From assembly GCA_002269645.1 (NCBI GenBank), contig NIVC01003570.1:26723-90722 (forward strand): 64,000 nucleotides of DNA, given 5' to 3'. The stretch is from Macrostomum lignano (taxonomy: Eukaryota). Numbering within the stretch: the stretch's first letter is position 1; every line of letters begins with the position of its first letter. Both the position numbers and the translations under genes were made by a program. This document shows, one piece after another, positions 1-11,326 of the stretch. The notes beneath the pieces were generated by a model that ran no database searches, was not told where the DNA came from, and saw only the letters and a list, made by a program, of their open reading frames with translations.

Positions 1-1
1 G

Positions 2-3000
2 CTGCTGTCGCTCCGTGACGCTGCACCGCAGCTCCTGGTCCATCGTTGACTCGGTGCTTACTGGTTGAAGACGATCGAGAGGCAGGCGGAGCTTCCGTCC
101 CAGCATCAGTTCAGCCGGCGACTTCTTGGTCAGCGCGTGCTCAGATGATCGATACGCGAGCAGCAGCTCCTGAACCGCCTGCTTCACCGGAACACCGTCG
201 GCGAGTAGTGCGCGCAGTGAGGTCTTGATGAAGCCGTTGAACCTCTCGACTCCGCCATTCTGCTGTGGACAGTAGAACGGAGTGCGACGGTGCTTGATGC
301 CGAGCGAGCTGAGGAAGTCCGTGAACTCGGTCGACACAAACTGAGGTCCGTTGTCTGTGGTAATTTCGTCTGGAAGCCCCCAGCGGACGAACAAGCTGCG
401 AAGGGCTTCGATGCAGGCAGCGGAAGTCACGGATAAAGATGCGATGATCTCAGGCCATTTGGAGTAGAGATCGTGGACGACGATGAAAAATCGATGGGAC
501 TGCGGCACATTGGCTTCCGGCAGCTCTCCAACGACGTCGACTTGCAGCTGCCGCCATGGACCCGCTGGTAGCTCCGTCGTTGACCATGGGACCTTGATCG
601 GCTTGAACGCTTTCTCGGACAGGACGCAGGCGCTGCAGTTCCGCACGAAGGCTTCCACGTCGCTGTCGATGCGCGGCCACCAGACCGTGTCGCGGCACCG
701 CGCCTTGACCTTGGCGACGCCGAGATGTCCTTGATGCGCCTCTGCCAGCACAAGGTCGCGGAGGTTAGTCGGGATGACAGCTCGGCTGCCTCTCGCCAGG
801 CAGCAACCATCGTTCCACAGGTAGAGCTCGTGTTGCACCTGGTGGAAGCCCTTCAGATCGGCTGGAACCTCGGCAGGCCATCCGTTGATGAGAAACCCGA
901 TGACTCGCTGCAGTTGGTTGTCGCTCTTGGTTGCATCGGCCAGTTGAGTGACTGAGATCGGCTCGGCGCTTCTGGCCAGCACCAGGTTGATGTCGGACTC
1001 GCTCTGGTGCTGCTCGTTGGACTCGTTGGCTGCACTCTTGCCGTCGTAGCCGTAGCGAGACAGAAAGTCGGGCTGGACGTTGAGCTTGCCGGGGACGTAC
1101 TCGATGTCGAAGTCGTAGACGAAGAGTCGCTCGCACCAGCGCTGAAGTCGAAGAGGTCGTTGGCCGACCCCTCGAGGTGACAGCAGGGTCGTCAGCGCTT
1201 GATGGTCGGTGAGGAGCTTGAACTTGCGACCGTACAGCAGCAGGTGCCAATGCTCGCAGCTCCAGACGCAGGCCAAGGCCTCTTTCTCTGACGCAGAGTA
1301 GCGGCGTTCGGTGTCGGATAGGGCTCGCGAGGCGAAGGCGACTGGTCGCAGCTGTCCGTGCTCGTCGACTTGGCTCAGGGTCGCGCCCAGGGCGACGTCG
1401 CTGCTATCGCAGGAGACGACGGTCTCGTGATCTTGGTCGAAGAACTTCAGGCACGGTGCTGATGAGATGAGCCGCTTCACCTCGCTGAAGGCCGCCTCGC
1501 ATTTCGCGTCCCAGTTCCATGGCGCGTCCTTGCGCAGGAGCGCTGTCAGCGGCTCGGCGACGTGAGACAGGTTCTTGATGTAGAACTGGAAGAACTTTGC
1601 AAAGCCGAGGAATGAAGCCAACTCTGCCGTATTGGTGGGTGCCTTGAGTTTCGATACGGACTCGGTGTGCGACTGGAGAGGTTGAATTCCCGCTGCGCTG
1701 ACGCGGTGTCCGACGAACTCGATCTCCGACGCCTTGAAGGTGCACTTCTTGAGATTGACGGTTACTCGATGCTGCAGCAGCTTGTCCAGTACCTGAAGTA
1801 CGCGACTTTCATGCTCGGCTTCCGTAGCGGCGTGAACGGCGATGTCGTCTTGGTAGTGAACGACGCCTCTGATGCCTTGGAGGATCTTGCCGACGACCTT
1901 CTGGAAGGCCGCCGGAGCCGAGCTGATGCCGAACGGCATCCGTCTGAACCGGTAGAGGCCGGATTCGGTGTGGAAGCAGGTCAGATTCTTGGCGTCATCG
2001 TGCAGAGGCAGCTGTAGATACGACTGGTTGAGGTCGATCCTTGAGAAAAACTTCGAATTGTTGAATTCGGTCACCAGGTCGGCGAAGGTAGGCAGTGACA
2101 TCGAGTCCGGGATGATCGCCTTGTTGACGCTTCGCAGATCAACGCAGAGGCGCAGCTTCCCATCGGCCTTGCGGGCACAGGTGACGTTGGACTGCCAGTC
2201 GGGGATGTCGCCGTCGACTCGCTCTATGATGCCTTCCTCCTCCCAGCGCTGAATCTCGCTGTCGCACTCCTGGCGCAGCGCTAGAGGCAGTCGGCGCAGA
2301 CGCTGAGCTACGGGAGACACAGTTGGGTCAACTCTGGGACGGTGGCAGAACCCTTTGATCTCACCGAGTCCGGTGCCCAAGGCGTGGTACTTAGCTGGAA
2401 TCCATTCGGGCATCGACGTGGTCGGAGGCTCCTCGGACTCGACCGCAGCAATCTGATGTCCGGAAGGCCCGAGAACTCTGCAGTTCAGCTTGTCCATCAG
2501 GTCGATTCCCATCAGGTCATCGCCGTCCATGACGACGGTGAAGGTGAACGACGGGAGCTGAACGCATTCGAACTCGACCGTGGCGTCGATCTCGCCGGCG
2601 ACACTGATGCTGGAGCCGTTGTATGACACGAGCTGTCTCTTTGACGGTCGCAGGGGGACCTTGGCGCCGAAAAGCTTCCGGCAGGTCTGCATGTTGATGA
2701 TAGAGACTTTGGCAGCTGTGTCCACCAACAGCGGAGTGCTGAACCCGTTGATCCTGACGCTGGCTCTCTTGTACTCGCCTTTCTTGTCCGTGCTGACGGC
2801 GAAGATGCTTTGCTGAGCGGAGCTGTCGAAGTCGACGCCTTGAACCTTCTTCTGAGCCGAGTGCGGTACCGTGGTGCTGCTCTTGCACACGCTGGCGAAG
2901 TGGTTGAGCTTTCCGCACTTCTTACACGCTTTGCCACGGGCAGCGCAGCGCGGGTCGCTGCCTGTGCGGTGGCCCGGCTTATCGCAGTGTGAGCAGCAGG

Positions 3001-3670
3001 GCTCCTGCAATGGTCGCGCTGTCTGGCCTCTGGTGCCGATCGGAGCTCTCTTGACGTTGATCTTCCTGATGCCGTCGTCAGCTGCATTCTTGCCGGTCAA
3101 GGACTTCTCACTCTGGACAGCTTTTTCCACCTGGGCAGCAATCTGGATTGCTCCGTCCAGGGTGAGCTTTCGCTCTAGCAGGAGGCGTTCGCGCACCTTC
3201 GCTGATGAAGTGCCGAAGATCAGCTGGTCCAGGATGAGGTCGTCGTGAAGGCTCTGGAACTCACAGTCTCTGGCGGCATGACGCAAGTTTGCCACGAATG
3301 CGTGCACGCCTTCGCCGCTCCGCTGGACGCACTTCCGAAAGTCATGGCGCTTGGCATACACGCTGACGGTGGGCTGAAAGTGCTCCTTGAGCAGTTTGCA
3401 TGCCGCTTCGAGTGTCGCTGGAGCTTCATCTGGAGACTTGATGAGAGTCCGGTAGACTCGCACTCCTTCCCGCCCGAGGCAGTGCACGAGCAGTGCTATC
3501 TTCCTGGCTTCTTGCAAGCCGTCGACTCCTGAAGCTAGCAGGTAGGTGTCGAACTCAGCGGCCCAAGTTTCCCATGAAACCACAGGTGTTCCTGGGTTTT
3601 CGAGAAATGGAGGCGGTTCTCTGAGGTTTAGTCGTAGCTCTGGCGCTGTGGCGTTGTCAGAGCTGCTCAT
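2..3670 (-). CDS. Gag-Pol polyprotein, at least ~1220 aa, 3' partial
   Basis: ATG at 3670 (MSSSDNATAPELRLNLREPPPFLENPG...W..W...FDTYLLASG...RKIALLVHCLGREG). Same frame holds two Zn knuckles (CSHCDKPGHRTGSDPRC, CKKCGKLNHFASVC), protease LLVDTAAKVSII (~2722), RT VVHYQDDI (~1855), RNase H CDSSDVALGATLSQ, integrase HQGH...CSAC and GIKHRRTPFYCPQQNGGVERFN (~300). Frame was spot-checked at these points, not codon by codon. Probably absent from the ORF track because no stop lies inside the window. Confidence 0.93.
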   Translation of the reverse strand, partial: MSSSDNATAPELRLNLREPPPFLENPGTPVVSWETWAAEFDTYLLASGVDGLQEARKIALLVHCLGREGVRVYRTLIKSPDEAPATLEAACKLLKEHFQPTVSVYAKRHDFRKCVQRSGEGVHAFVANLRHAARDCEFQSLHDDLILDQLIFGTSSAKVRERLLLERKLTLDGAIQIAAQVEKAVQSEKSLTGKNAADDGIRKINVKRAPIGTRGQTARPLQEPCCSHCDKPGHRTGSDPRCAARGKACKKCGKLNHFASVCKSSTTVPHSAQKKVQGVDFDSSAQQSIFAVSTDKKGEYKRASVRINGFSTPLLVDTAAKVSIINMQTCRKLFGAKVPLRPSKRQLVSYNGSSISVAGEIDATVEFECVQLPSFTFTVVMDGDDLMGIDLMDKLNCRVLGPSGHQIAAVESEEPPTTSMPEWIPAKYHALGTGLGEIKGFCHRPRVDPTVSPVAQRLRRLPLALRQECDSEIQRWEEEGIIERVDGDIPDWQSNVTCARKADGKLRLCVDLRSVNKAIIPDSMSLPTFADLVTEFNNSKFFSRIDLNQSYLQLPLHDDAKNLTCFHTESGLYRFRRMPFGISSAPAAFQKVVGKILQGIRGVVHYQDDIAVHAATEAEHESRVLQVLDKLLQHRVTVNLKKCTFKASEIEFVGHRVSAAGIQPLQSHTESVSKLKAPTNTAELASFLGFAKFFQFYIKNLSHVAEPLTALLRKDAPWNWDAKCEAAFSEVKRLISSAPCLKFFDQDHETVVSCDSSDVALGATLSQVDEHGQLRPVAFASRALSDTERRYSASEKEALACVWSCEHWHLLLYGRKFKLLTDHQALTTLLSPRGVGQRPLRLQRWCERLFVYDFDIEYVPGKLNVQPDFLSRYGYDGKSAANESNEQHQSESDINLVLARSAEPISVTQLADATKSDNQLQRVIGFLINGWPAEVPADLKGFHQVQHELYLWNDGCCLARGSRAVIPTNLRDLVLAEAHQGHLGVAKVKARCRDTVWWPRIDSDVEAFVRNCSACVLSEKAFKPIKVPWSTTELPAGPWRQLQVDVVGELPEANVPQSHRFFIVVHDLYSKWPEIIASLSVTSAACIEALRSLFVRWGLPDEITTDNGPQFVSTEFTDFLSSLGIKHRRTPFYCPQQNGGVERFNGFIKTSLRALLADGVPVKQAVQELLLAYRSSEHALTKKSPAELMLGRKLRLPLDRLQPVSTESTMDQELRCSVTERQQ

Positions 3671-3782
3671 TTCTAACTTCGCTGTGCTGAGTTTGCAGAA
3701 TTGCAATGCGATAGCGAGAGTTGGGCTTGTGGGCCTTGGCTGCCGTGAGTTGAGTTGAATTTTGCGCGGGGTGGTTTTTTGC

Positions 3783-3804
3783 CAAGTCCCTGCTTGCGAT
3801 GCCA
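3783..3804 (-). promoter_or_regulatory. Primer-binding site
   Basis: TGGCATCGCAAGCAGGGACTTG directly after the LTR. Its complement ends in CCA like a tRNA 3' end. The tRNA was not identified. Confidence 0.7.
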
Positions 3805-3805
3805 G

Positions 3806-3883
3806 TGTTGTGGCCGCTGGCCAAATGAATAAAGTCAATAATTCACTTAAGGCGAAGGAGAGGAGAGGTGGCTCTCATCTACA
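3806..3883 (-). repeat. Candidate 5' LTR, ~78 bp
   Basis: Minus strand TGTAGATGAG...GGCCACAACA has TG...CA ends and sits 1 nt from the PBS. The partner LTR is outside the window, so the outer boundary is inferred. Confidence 0.7.
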
Positions 3884-3980
3884 GTGAGCTAGCCAATATA
3901 TATTATCTGACTTATACTCATAGATGTACATCAGTTCGCGTACATTGAATAATAGCATTGAGCATGCACATTCACAACAC

Positions 3981-4690
3981 TAGGGTATGGAGGATACGGT
4001 TGCTAGGGTATGGAGGATACGGTTGCTAGGGTATGGAGGATACGGTTGCTAGGGTATGGAGGATACGGTTGCTAGGGTATGGAGGATACGGTTGCTAGGG
4101 TATGGAGGATACGGTTGCTAGGGTATGGAGGATACGGTTGCTAGGGTATGGAGGATACGGTTGCTAGGGTATGGAGGATACGGTTGCTAGGGTATGGAGG
4201 ATACGGTTGCTAGGGTATGGAGGATACGGTTGCTAGGGTATGGAGGATACGGTTGCTAGGGTATGGAGGATACGGTTGCTAGGGTATGGAGGATACGGTT
4301 GCTAGGGTATGGAGGATACGGTTGCTAGGGTATGGAGGATACAGTTGCTAGGGTATGGAGGATACGGTTGCTAGGGTATGGAGGATACGGTTGCTAAGGT
4401 ATGGAGGATACGGTTGCTAGGGTATGGAGGATACGGTTGCTAGGGTATGGAGGATACGGTTGCTAGGGTATGAAGGATACGGTTGCTAGGGTATGGAGGA
4501 TACGGTTGCTAGGGTATGGAGGATACGGTTGCTAGGGTATGGAGGATACGGTTGCTAGGGTATGGAGGATACGGTTGCTAGGGTATGGAGGATACGGTTG
4601 CTAGGGTATGGAGGATACGGTTGCTAGGGTATGGAGGATACGGTTGCTAGGGTATGGATGATCTGGTTGCTAGGGCATGGAGAATACGGT
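3981..4690. repeat. 23-bp minisatellite TAGGGTATGGAGGATACGGTTGC, ~30 copies, decaying to ~4860
   Basis: Directly visible near-perfect tandem units. Confidence 0.95.
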
Positions 4691-4993
4691 TGCTAGGATT
4701 ATGGCAATGTTAGAGACGGTTGCTAGGGGGATGTTAGAGACGGCTCTAGGAGATGTCGGAGACGGTTACTAGGGCAAGTTAGAGAATATTAAGTGCAGGT
4801 TGGAGACTGTTGCTATGCAAATATGCATCCTGAATAGCGTGAGCGGTTGCACATTAGTTGCTAAGGGCACTTTGGTGTTGGCGCCGGTTCCTTAGGAGGT
4901 TACCCTCAGCTTTTGTAATCGAAAGGAAAAGAAAATTTGCGAAATTTTACAAAATCCTCAAGTAGTTTGCCGCCCATCCTCGATACTCCGCAG

Positions 4994-6222
4994 GCCTACA
5001 AGGACAGGGCAAACCTGCTGCCGGAGCCCCTGCTGCCCAACCTCAACGAGCGATTCACCAAAGAGCAGCTGCTGTTCATCGCCTACTCACAGGTGAGAAT
5101 CCTGGCCCGCTGCTCTAAGCCTAATGAGGCTGCCTTGTTCAACTGTGCTGGTCCCGCCTCCAGCTTTGATTTTATCCCATCCAAGATTTCACATCTCTTA
5201 GCTGCCGTGCTTTTCAGTTTCTCCCTGCTCCCCAATTCCCTAATCCCCAATTCCCGATTCCCCAATTTCCGAATCCCTGATTCCCTAATCCCCAATTCCC
5301 GAATCCCCAATTCCCGAATCCCCAATTCCTGAATCCCCAATTCCCGAATCCCCAATTCCCGAATCCCCAATTCCCGAATCCCCAATTCCCGAATCCCCAA
5401 TTCCCGAATCCCCAATTCCTGAATCCCCAATTCCCGAATCCCCAATTCCCGAATCCCCAATTCCCGAATCCCCAATTCCCGAATCCCCAATTCCCGAATC
5501 CCCAATTCCCGAATCCCCAATTCCCGAATCCCCAATTCCCGAATCCCCAAATTCCCTAATCTCCAATTCCCTAATCTCCAATTCCCGAATCTTTAATTCC
5601 CGAATCCCCAATTCCTGAATCCCCAATTCCCAAATCCCTAATTCCCGAATCTTCTCCAATTCCCGAATCCCCAATTCCCGAATCCCCAAAATACTCTAGT
5701 CCCTAATTTCCGAATCTTTCCGAATTTCCGAATTCCCCAGAATTCCCGTGATCTCCGCTTCCCAAAGATTCTCACTTCCTGTAGTGAATTGTCCTAACTT
5801 CTAAACTCCCTTAGCCCCAAAGCGGCCTTTTCGTGTGACAAACTCAAAGTAGGGTCGAACTTGCTCAGCAGTCTTTATCAGCCAGCCATTGCCACACGCC
5901 GTCCTCTCTCAGTGTGCACAGGTGTTTCTTTTATGGCGATGAATAATCGGGCTTTGTGGAAGATTTTACGTTTCAAATCTTTATTTGTCTACTTTTCTCA
6001 GTAGTTTAAATCGATCTCTCACTTCTCCTTTGTATCGCCGCGCAGACCTGGTGCGAGCTGGAGACCAAGGAGTCGGTGCGCCAGTCGGCGAAGGTGGACC
6101 CGCACCCGCCCGGCAAGATGCGGGTGTGGGGGCCCATCAGCAACAACCACGACTTTGGTGGCGTCTTTAAATGCCCGGCCGGGGCTCGGATGAACCCGGT
6201 GAAAAAATGCACCGTCTGGTGA
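4994..6222 (+). CDS. M13 family metallopeptidase (neprilysin/ECE/PHEX-like), last two coding exons 4994-5092 and 6046-6222
   Basis: AG/GT-bounded exons join in phase 0: [33 protein letters not shown]|[58 protein letters not shown]. This matches the M13 C-terminal pattern EQLFF..YAQ.WC...DPH.P...RV...SN...F...F.C...MNP..KC.VW. Upstream exons are not in the window. Confidence 0.92.
5227..5690. repeat. 15-bp intronic minisatellite CCCCAATTCCCGAAT
   Basis: Tandem units inside the last M13 intron; source of the GIREL/DSGIG ORFs. Confidence 0.95.
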
Positions 6223-6384
6223 GGGCTGAACCTGCCCAGTTCCGAATTTGAAAACTCGAAACCCAAAAATTTTTCCCATTGTTTGCAACAAACAATTTTC
6301 CGAAAACAAGTATTCTCAAAAAGATCACTTTTTAAAAAATCGACCATTTGAACTACATAAACTAGAAACCCCTTTTTAACAGCG

Positions 6385-6645
6385 CTCCAACCCCAGACCA
6401 AGCCCTCCAACTCTAACCCCAATGTACGCGCACCCCAGACCAAGCCCTCCAACTCTAACCCCAATGTACACGCACCCCAGACCAAGCCCTCCAACTCTAA
6501 CCCCAATGTACACGCACCCCAGACCCAGCCCTCCAACTCTAACCCCAATGTACACGCACCCCAGACCCAGCCCTCCAACTCTAACCCCAATGTACACGCA
6601 CCCCAGACCAAGCTCTCCCAACTCTAACCCCAACACGCACCCCAG
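6385..6645. repeat. 42-bp minisatellite with CCCCAATGTACAC core, ~6 copies
   Basis: Visible tandem units downstream of the M13 stop codon. Confidence 0.9.
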
Positions 6646-7287
6646 ACCACGCCAGTCTACTAAGCTCTGTCTGTTTTACTGTAGACAGCAGAAACAAAAT
6701 TTTGAAACCGAAATTTAACACTCTAGATTTTAAGAAATGTGGAGTAACAAATAATTCACCACACAATTTTGGCTTAAGGAATTTTAGTTTTATGCAATAT
6801 TAATTCTGTAACTGTTGTGATTTTGTACAGCCGGCTAATGTGTATTTTTTGTATTCAGCATCGAAGCCGCAGTAGAAATGTGTTGTTGGTCTCGCATTTG
6901 TCAGCCTGCTGTCTATTCTATACTTGCGCTTATTATATATACGAAGCTGATATTTTATCATAGCCTGTCAGACTGATGCCACCTGTTTGATCTTCATCCA
7001 ATCAGCCGATCGATCTGGACGCACGCCGGTCCACGAGGTTCGGCACCGGAAAGCTTTGACATTCTGTTCGATTTTTCATCTTTATTTTTTGCTTTAGAAT
7101 AGAATCTGTAGCACTGCCCGCTGATATTCTGACCCGCAATTATTTAAACCATTTTTTCTGTTTATGTCAGTCTCGCAGCTTGCCGAATATTTTATCCACG
7201 TTTCCCGAATTCTGCAATTCTCGCTCTGCGTTTGATTTGTGCGCCCTGAATTGCGATGCCGCTCGCCCTTTATGCTACTGACAGCTG

Positions 7288-10210
7288 CGGTAAGTAGTAT
7301 GATGGGATTGTATTCTACTCGACTGGAAGTAGTATGATGGGATTGTATTCTACTCGACTGTAAGTAGTATGATGGGATTGTATTCTACTCGACTGTAAGT
7401 AGTATGATGGGATTGTATTCTACCTAACTGTAAGTAGTATAATGGGATTGTTACCCGACTGTAAGTAGTATGATGGGATTGTATTCTACCTAACTGTAAG
7501 TAGTATAATGGGATTGTTACCCGACTGTAAGTAGTATGATGGGATTGTATTCTACTCGACTGTAAGTAGTATGATGGGATTTTATACTACTCAAGTGTAA
7601 GTAGTGTGATGATGGGATTGTATTCTACTCGTCTGGAAGTAGTATGAAGGGATTGTATTCTACTCGACTGTAAGTAGTATGATGGGATTGCATTCTACTC
7701 GACTGTAAGTAGTATGATGGGATTGTATTCTACTCGACTGTAAGTAGTATGATGGGATTGTATTCTACTCGACTGTAAGTAGTATGATGGGATTGTATTC
7801 TACTCGACTGTAAGTAGTATGATGGGATTGTATTCTACTCGACTGGAAGTAGTATGATGGGATTGTATTCTACTCGACTGGAAGTAGTATGATGGGATTG
7901 TATTCTACTCGACTGTAAGTAGTATGATGGGATTGTATTCTACTCGACTGTAAGTAGTATGATGGGATTGTATTCTACTCGACTGGAAGTAGTATGATGG
8001 GATTGTATTCTACTCGACTGTAAGTAGTATGATGGGATTGTATTCTACTCGACTGTAAGTAGTATGATGGGATTGTATTCTACCTAACTGTAAGTAGTAT
8101 AATGGGATTGTTACCCGACTGTAAGTAGTATGATGGGATTGTATTCTACTCGACTGTAAGTAGTATGATGGGATTTTATACTACTCAAGTGTAAGTAGTG
8201 TGATGATGGTATTGTATTCTACTCGACTGTAAGTATTATGTTGGGATTGTATTCTACTCGACTGTAAGTAGTATGAAGGGATTGTATTCTACTCGACTGT
8301 AAGTAGTATGAAGGGATTGTATTCTACTCGACTGTAAGTAGTATGAAGGGATTGTATTCTACTCGACTGTAAGTAGTATGAAGGGATTGTATTCTACTCG
8401 ACTGTAAGTAGTATGAAGGGATTGTATTCTACTCGACTGTAAGTAGTATGAAGGGATTGTATTCTACTCGACTGTAAGTAGTATGAAGGGATTGTATTCT
8501 ACTCGACTGTAAGTAGTATGATGGGATTGTATTCTACTCGACTGGAAGTAGTATGATGGGATTGTATTCTACTCGACTGTAAGTAGTATGATGGGATTGT
8601 ATTCTACTCGACTGTAAGTAGTATGATGGGATTGTATTCTACTCGACTGTAAGTAGTATGATGGGATTGTATTCTACTCGACTGTAAGTAGTATGATGGG
8701 ATTTTATACTACTCAAGTGTAAGTAGTGTGATGATGGTATTGTATTCTACTCGACTGTAAGTATTATGTTGGGATTGTATTCTACTCGACTGTAAGTAGT
8801 ATGATGGGATTGTATTCTACTCGACTGTAAGTAGTATGATGGGATTGTATTCTACTCGACTGTAAGTAGTATGATGGGATTGTATTCTACCTAACTGTAA
8901 GTAGTATAATGGGATTGTATTCTACTCGACTGGAAGTAGTATGATGGGATTGTTACCCGACTGTAAGTAGTATGATGGGATTGTATTCTACTCGACTGTA
9001 AGTAGTAAGATGGGATTGTATTCTACTCGACTGAAAGTAGTATGATGGGATTGCATTCTACTCGACTGAAAGTAGTATGAAGGGATTGTATTCTACTCGA
9101 CTGTAAGTAGTATGATGGGATTGTATTCTACTCGACTGGAAGTAGTATGATGGGATTGTATTCTACTCGACTGTAAGTAGTAAGATGGGATTGTATTCTA
9201 CCTAACTGTAAGTAGTATGAAGGGATTGTATTCTACTCGACTGTAAGTAGTATGAAGGGATTGTATTCTACTCGACTGTAAGTAGTATGAAGGGATTGTA
9301 TTCTACTCGACTGTAAGTAGTATGAAGGGATTGTATTCTACTCGACTGTAAGTAGTATGAAGGGATTGTATTCTACTCGACTGTAAGTAGTATGAAGGGA
9401 TTGTATTCTACTCGACTGTAAGTAGTATGAAGGGATTGTATTCTACTCGACTGTAAGTAGTATGAAGGGATTGTATTCTACTCGACTGTAAGTAGTATGA
9501 AGGGATTGTATTCTACTCGACTGTAAGTAGTATGAAGGGATTGTATTCTACTCGACTGTAAGTAGTATGAAGGGATTGTATTCTACTCGACTGTAAGTAG
9601 TATGATGGGATTGTATTCTACCTAACTGTAAGTAGTATAATGGGATTGTATTCTACTCGACTGGAAGTAGTATGATGGGATTGTTACCCGACTGTAAGTA
9701 GTATGATGGGATTGTATTCTACTCGACTGTAAGTAGTATGATGGGATTGTATTCTACTCGACTGTAAGTAGTATGATGGGATTGTATTCTACTCGACTGT
9801 AAGTAGTATGATGGGATTGCATTCTACTCGACTGTAAGTAGTATGATGGGATTGTATTCTACTCGACTGTAAGTAGTATGATGGGATTGTATTCTACTCG
9901 ACTGTAAGTAGTATGATGGGATTGTATTCTACCTAACTGTAAGTAGTATGATGGGATTGTATTCTACTCGACTGTAAGTAGTATGATGGGATTGTATTCT
10001 ACTCGACTGTAAGTAGTATGATGGGATTGTATTCTACCTAACTGTAAGTAGTAAGATGGGATTGTATTCTACTCGACTGTAAGTAGTATGAAGGGATTGT
10101 ATTCTACCTAACTGTAAGTAGTAAGATGGGATTGTATTCTACTCGACTGTAAGTAGTAAGATGGGATTGTATTCTACTCGACTGAAAGTAGTATGAAGGG
10201 ATTCTTAACT
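7288..10210. repeat. 35-bp minisatellite GACTGTAAGTAGTATGATGGGATTGTATTCTACTC, ~83 copies with recurring variants
   Basis: Period 35 (e.g. 7741 to 7776). Confidence 0.95.
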
Positions 10211-10727
10211 ACTCGAGCAGTTTTCGGGCAGCTTTTCATGGTAGCAGTGCTGGCCGTGCAGCTGCAGTATTGCTGTCCGCAGAGTCCTGTCCGCCTGCAC
10301 TGTTTATTAAGGCTCTGCATCCATTCAATGTTGTTGATTGCAATATTTCATATTTTGTCTAAACAATTTTTTTGTTTGCTTCAGCATTCTAAGTTGTCAC
10401 CTGCAGGCTCTACGGAGCTCAGATGTGGTCTCATTGTAATTGTCTTGCACCGCTTTTATAAATTTTTTAACTGGCGGGGACTTCTGCAACAAAATTCAAA
10501 ATATACTACTCTTGTCAACGCTTATATAAGCAACGATTTTTTTAAGCTTTGATTTGTGTCGCGTGATAAGAAAAATCTCGATAAACTTTTGCGTTGTAAT
10601 TGTCGGGATTTTTTGCTTCGTTATTGATTTTTGCAGTGCATAACTTTGTGCAGTGCGGATGCATGGGTGATGCACCAGTGCAATCATTTTGCATCCTAAA
10701 ATTGATCCAGGAATCAAGACCAGCAAT

Positions 10728-11180
10728 TAAGGCTTGTTGAGTCACCAATGAGACAGAGCTTACATTGGGTTAAAGGCTTGTTGAGTCAGCAATGAGACAG
10801 AGCTTACATTGGATTAAAGGCTTGCTGAGTCAGCAATGAGACAGAGCTTACATTGGGTTGAAGGCTTGTTGAGTCAGCAATGAGACAGAGCTTACATTGG
10901 GTTAAAGGCTTGTTGAGTCAGCAATGAGACAGAGCTTACATTGGGTTAAAGGCTTGTTGAGTCAGCAATGAGACAGAGCTTACATTGGGTTAAAGGCTTG
11001 CTGAGTCAGCAATGAGACAGAGCTTACATTGGGTTAAAGGCTTGTTGAGTCAGCAATGAGACAGAGCTTACATTGGGTTAAGGGCTTGCTAAGTCACCAA
11101 TGAGACAGAGCTTACATTGGGTTAAAGGCTTGCTCAGTTAGCAATGACAGAGCTTGCTGAGTCAGAGCTTACATTGGTTA
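10728..11180. repeat. 44-bp minisatellite GGCTTGTTGAGTCAGCAATGAGACAGAGCTTACATTGGGTTAAA, ~10 copies
   Basis: Period 44 (10741 to 10785). Confidence 0.93.
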
Positions 11181-11326
11181 AAACCTTCGATCTATTTTGT
11201 TAGGGATAGTTTACTACAAATCAGCCAGACTCAACCGCAGACTCGGTGTGACATTGGGGGCGAAGCTTTCAAGAGTTTGTTTTAATCACTCAGTTGGCAT
11301 CGCGGCCAGTGAGCAGCCGCAGTCTC

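Larger units (their letters stand above)
1..3883 (-). mobile_element. Ty3/Gypsy LTR retrotransposon, Mag-like lineage; 3' end outside window
   Basis: 5' LTR (TGTAG...CAACA, 3883-3806) followed by a TGG-starting PBS and one gag-pol ORF in Gypsy order: gag, protease, RT, RNase H, integrase. Confidence 0.95.

Noticed and set aside
46-3758. Many short ORFs on both strands over the retrotransposon
   Set aside because: They are alternative-frame or antisense by-products of the GC-rich gag-pol ORF.
5083-5689. GIREL/DSGIG repeat ORFs
   Set aside because: They translate an intronic 15-bp array between two well-supported M13 exons.
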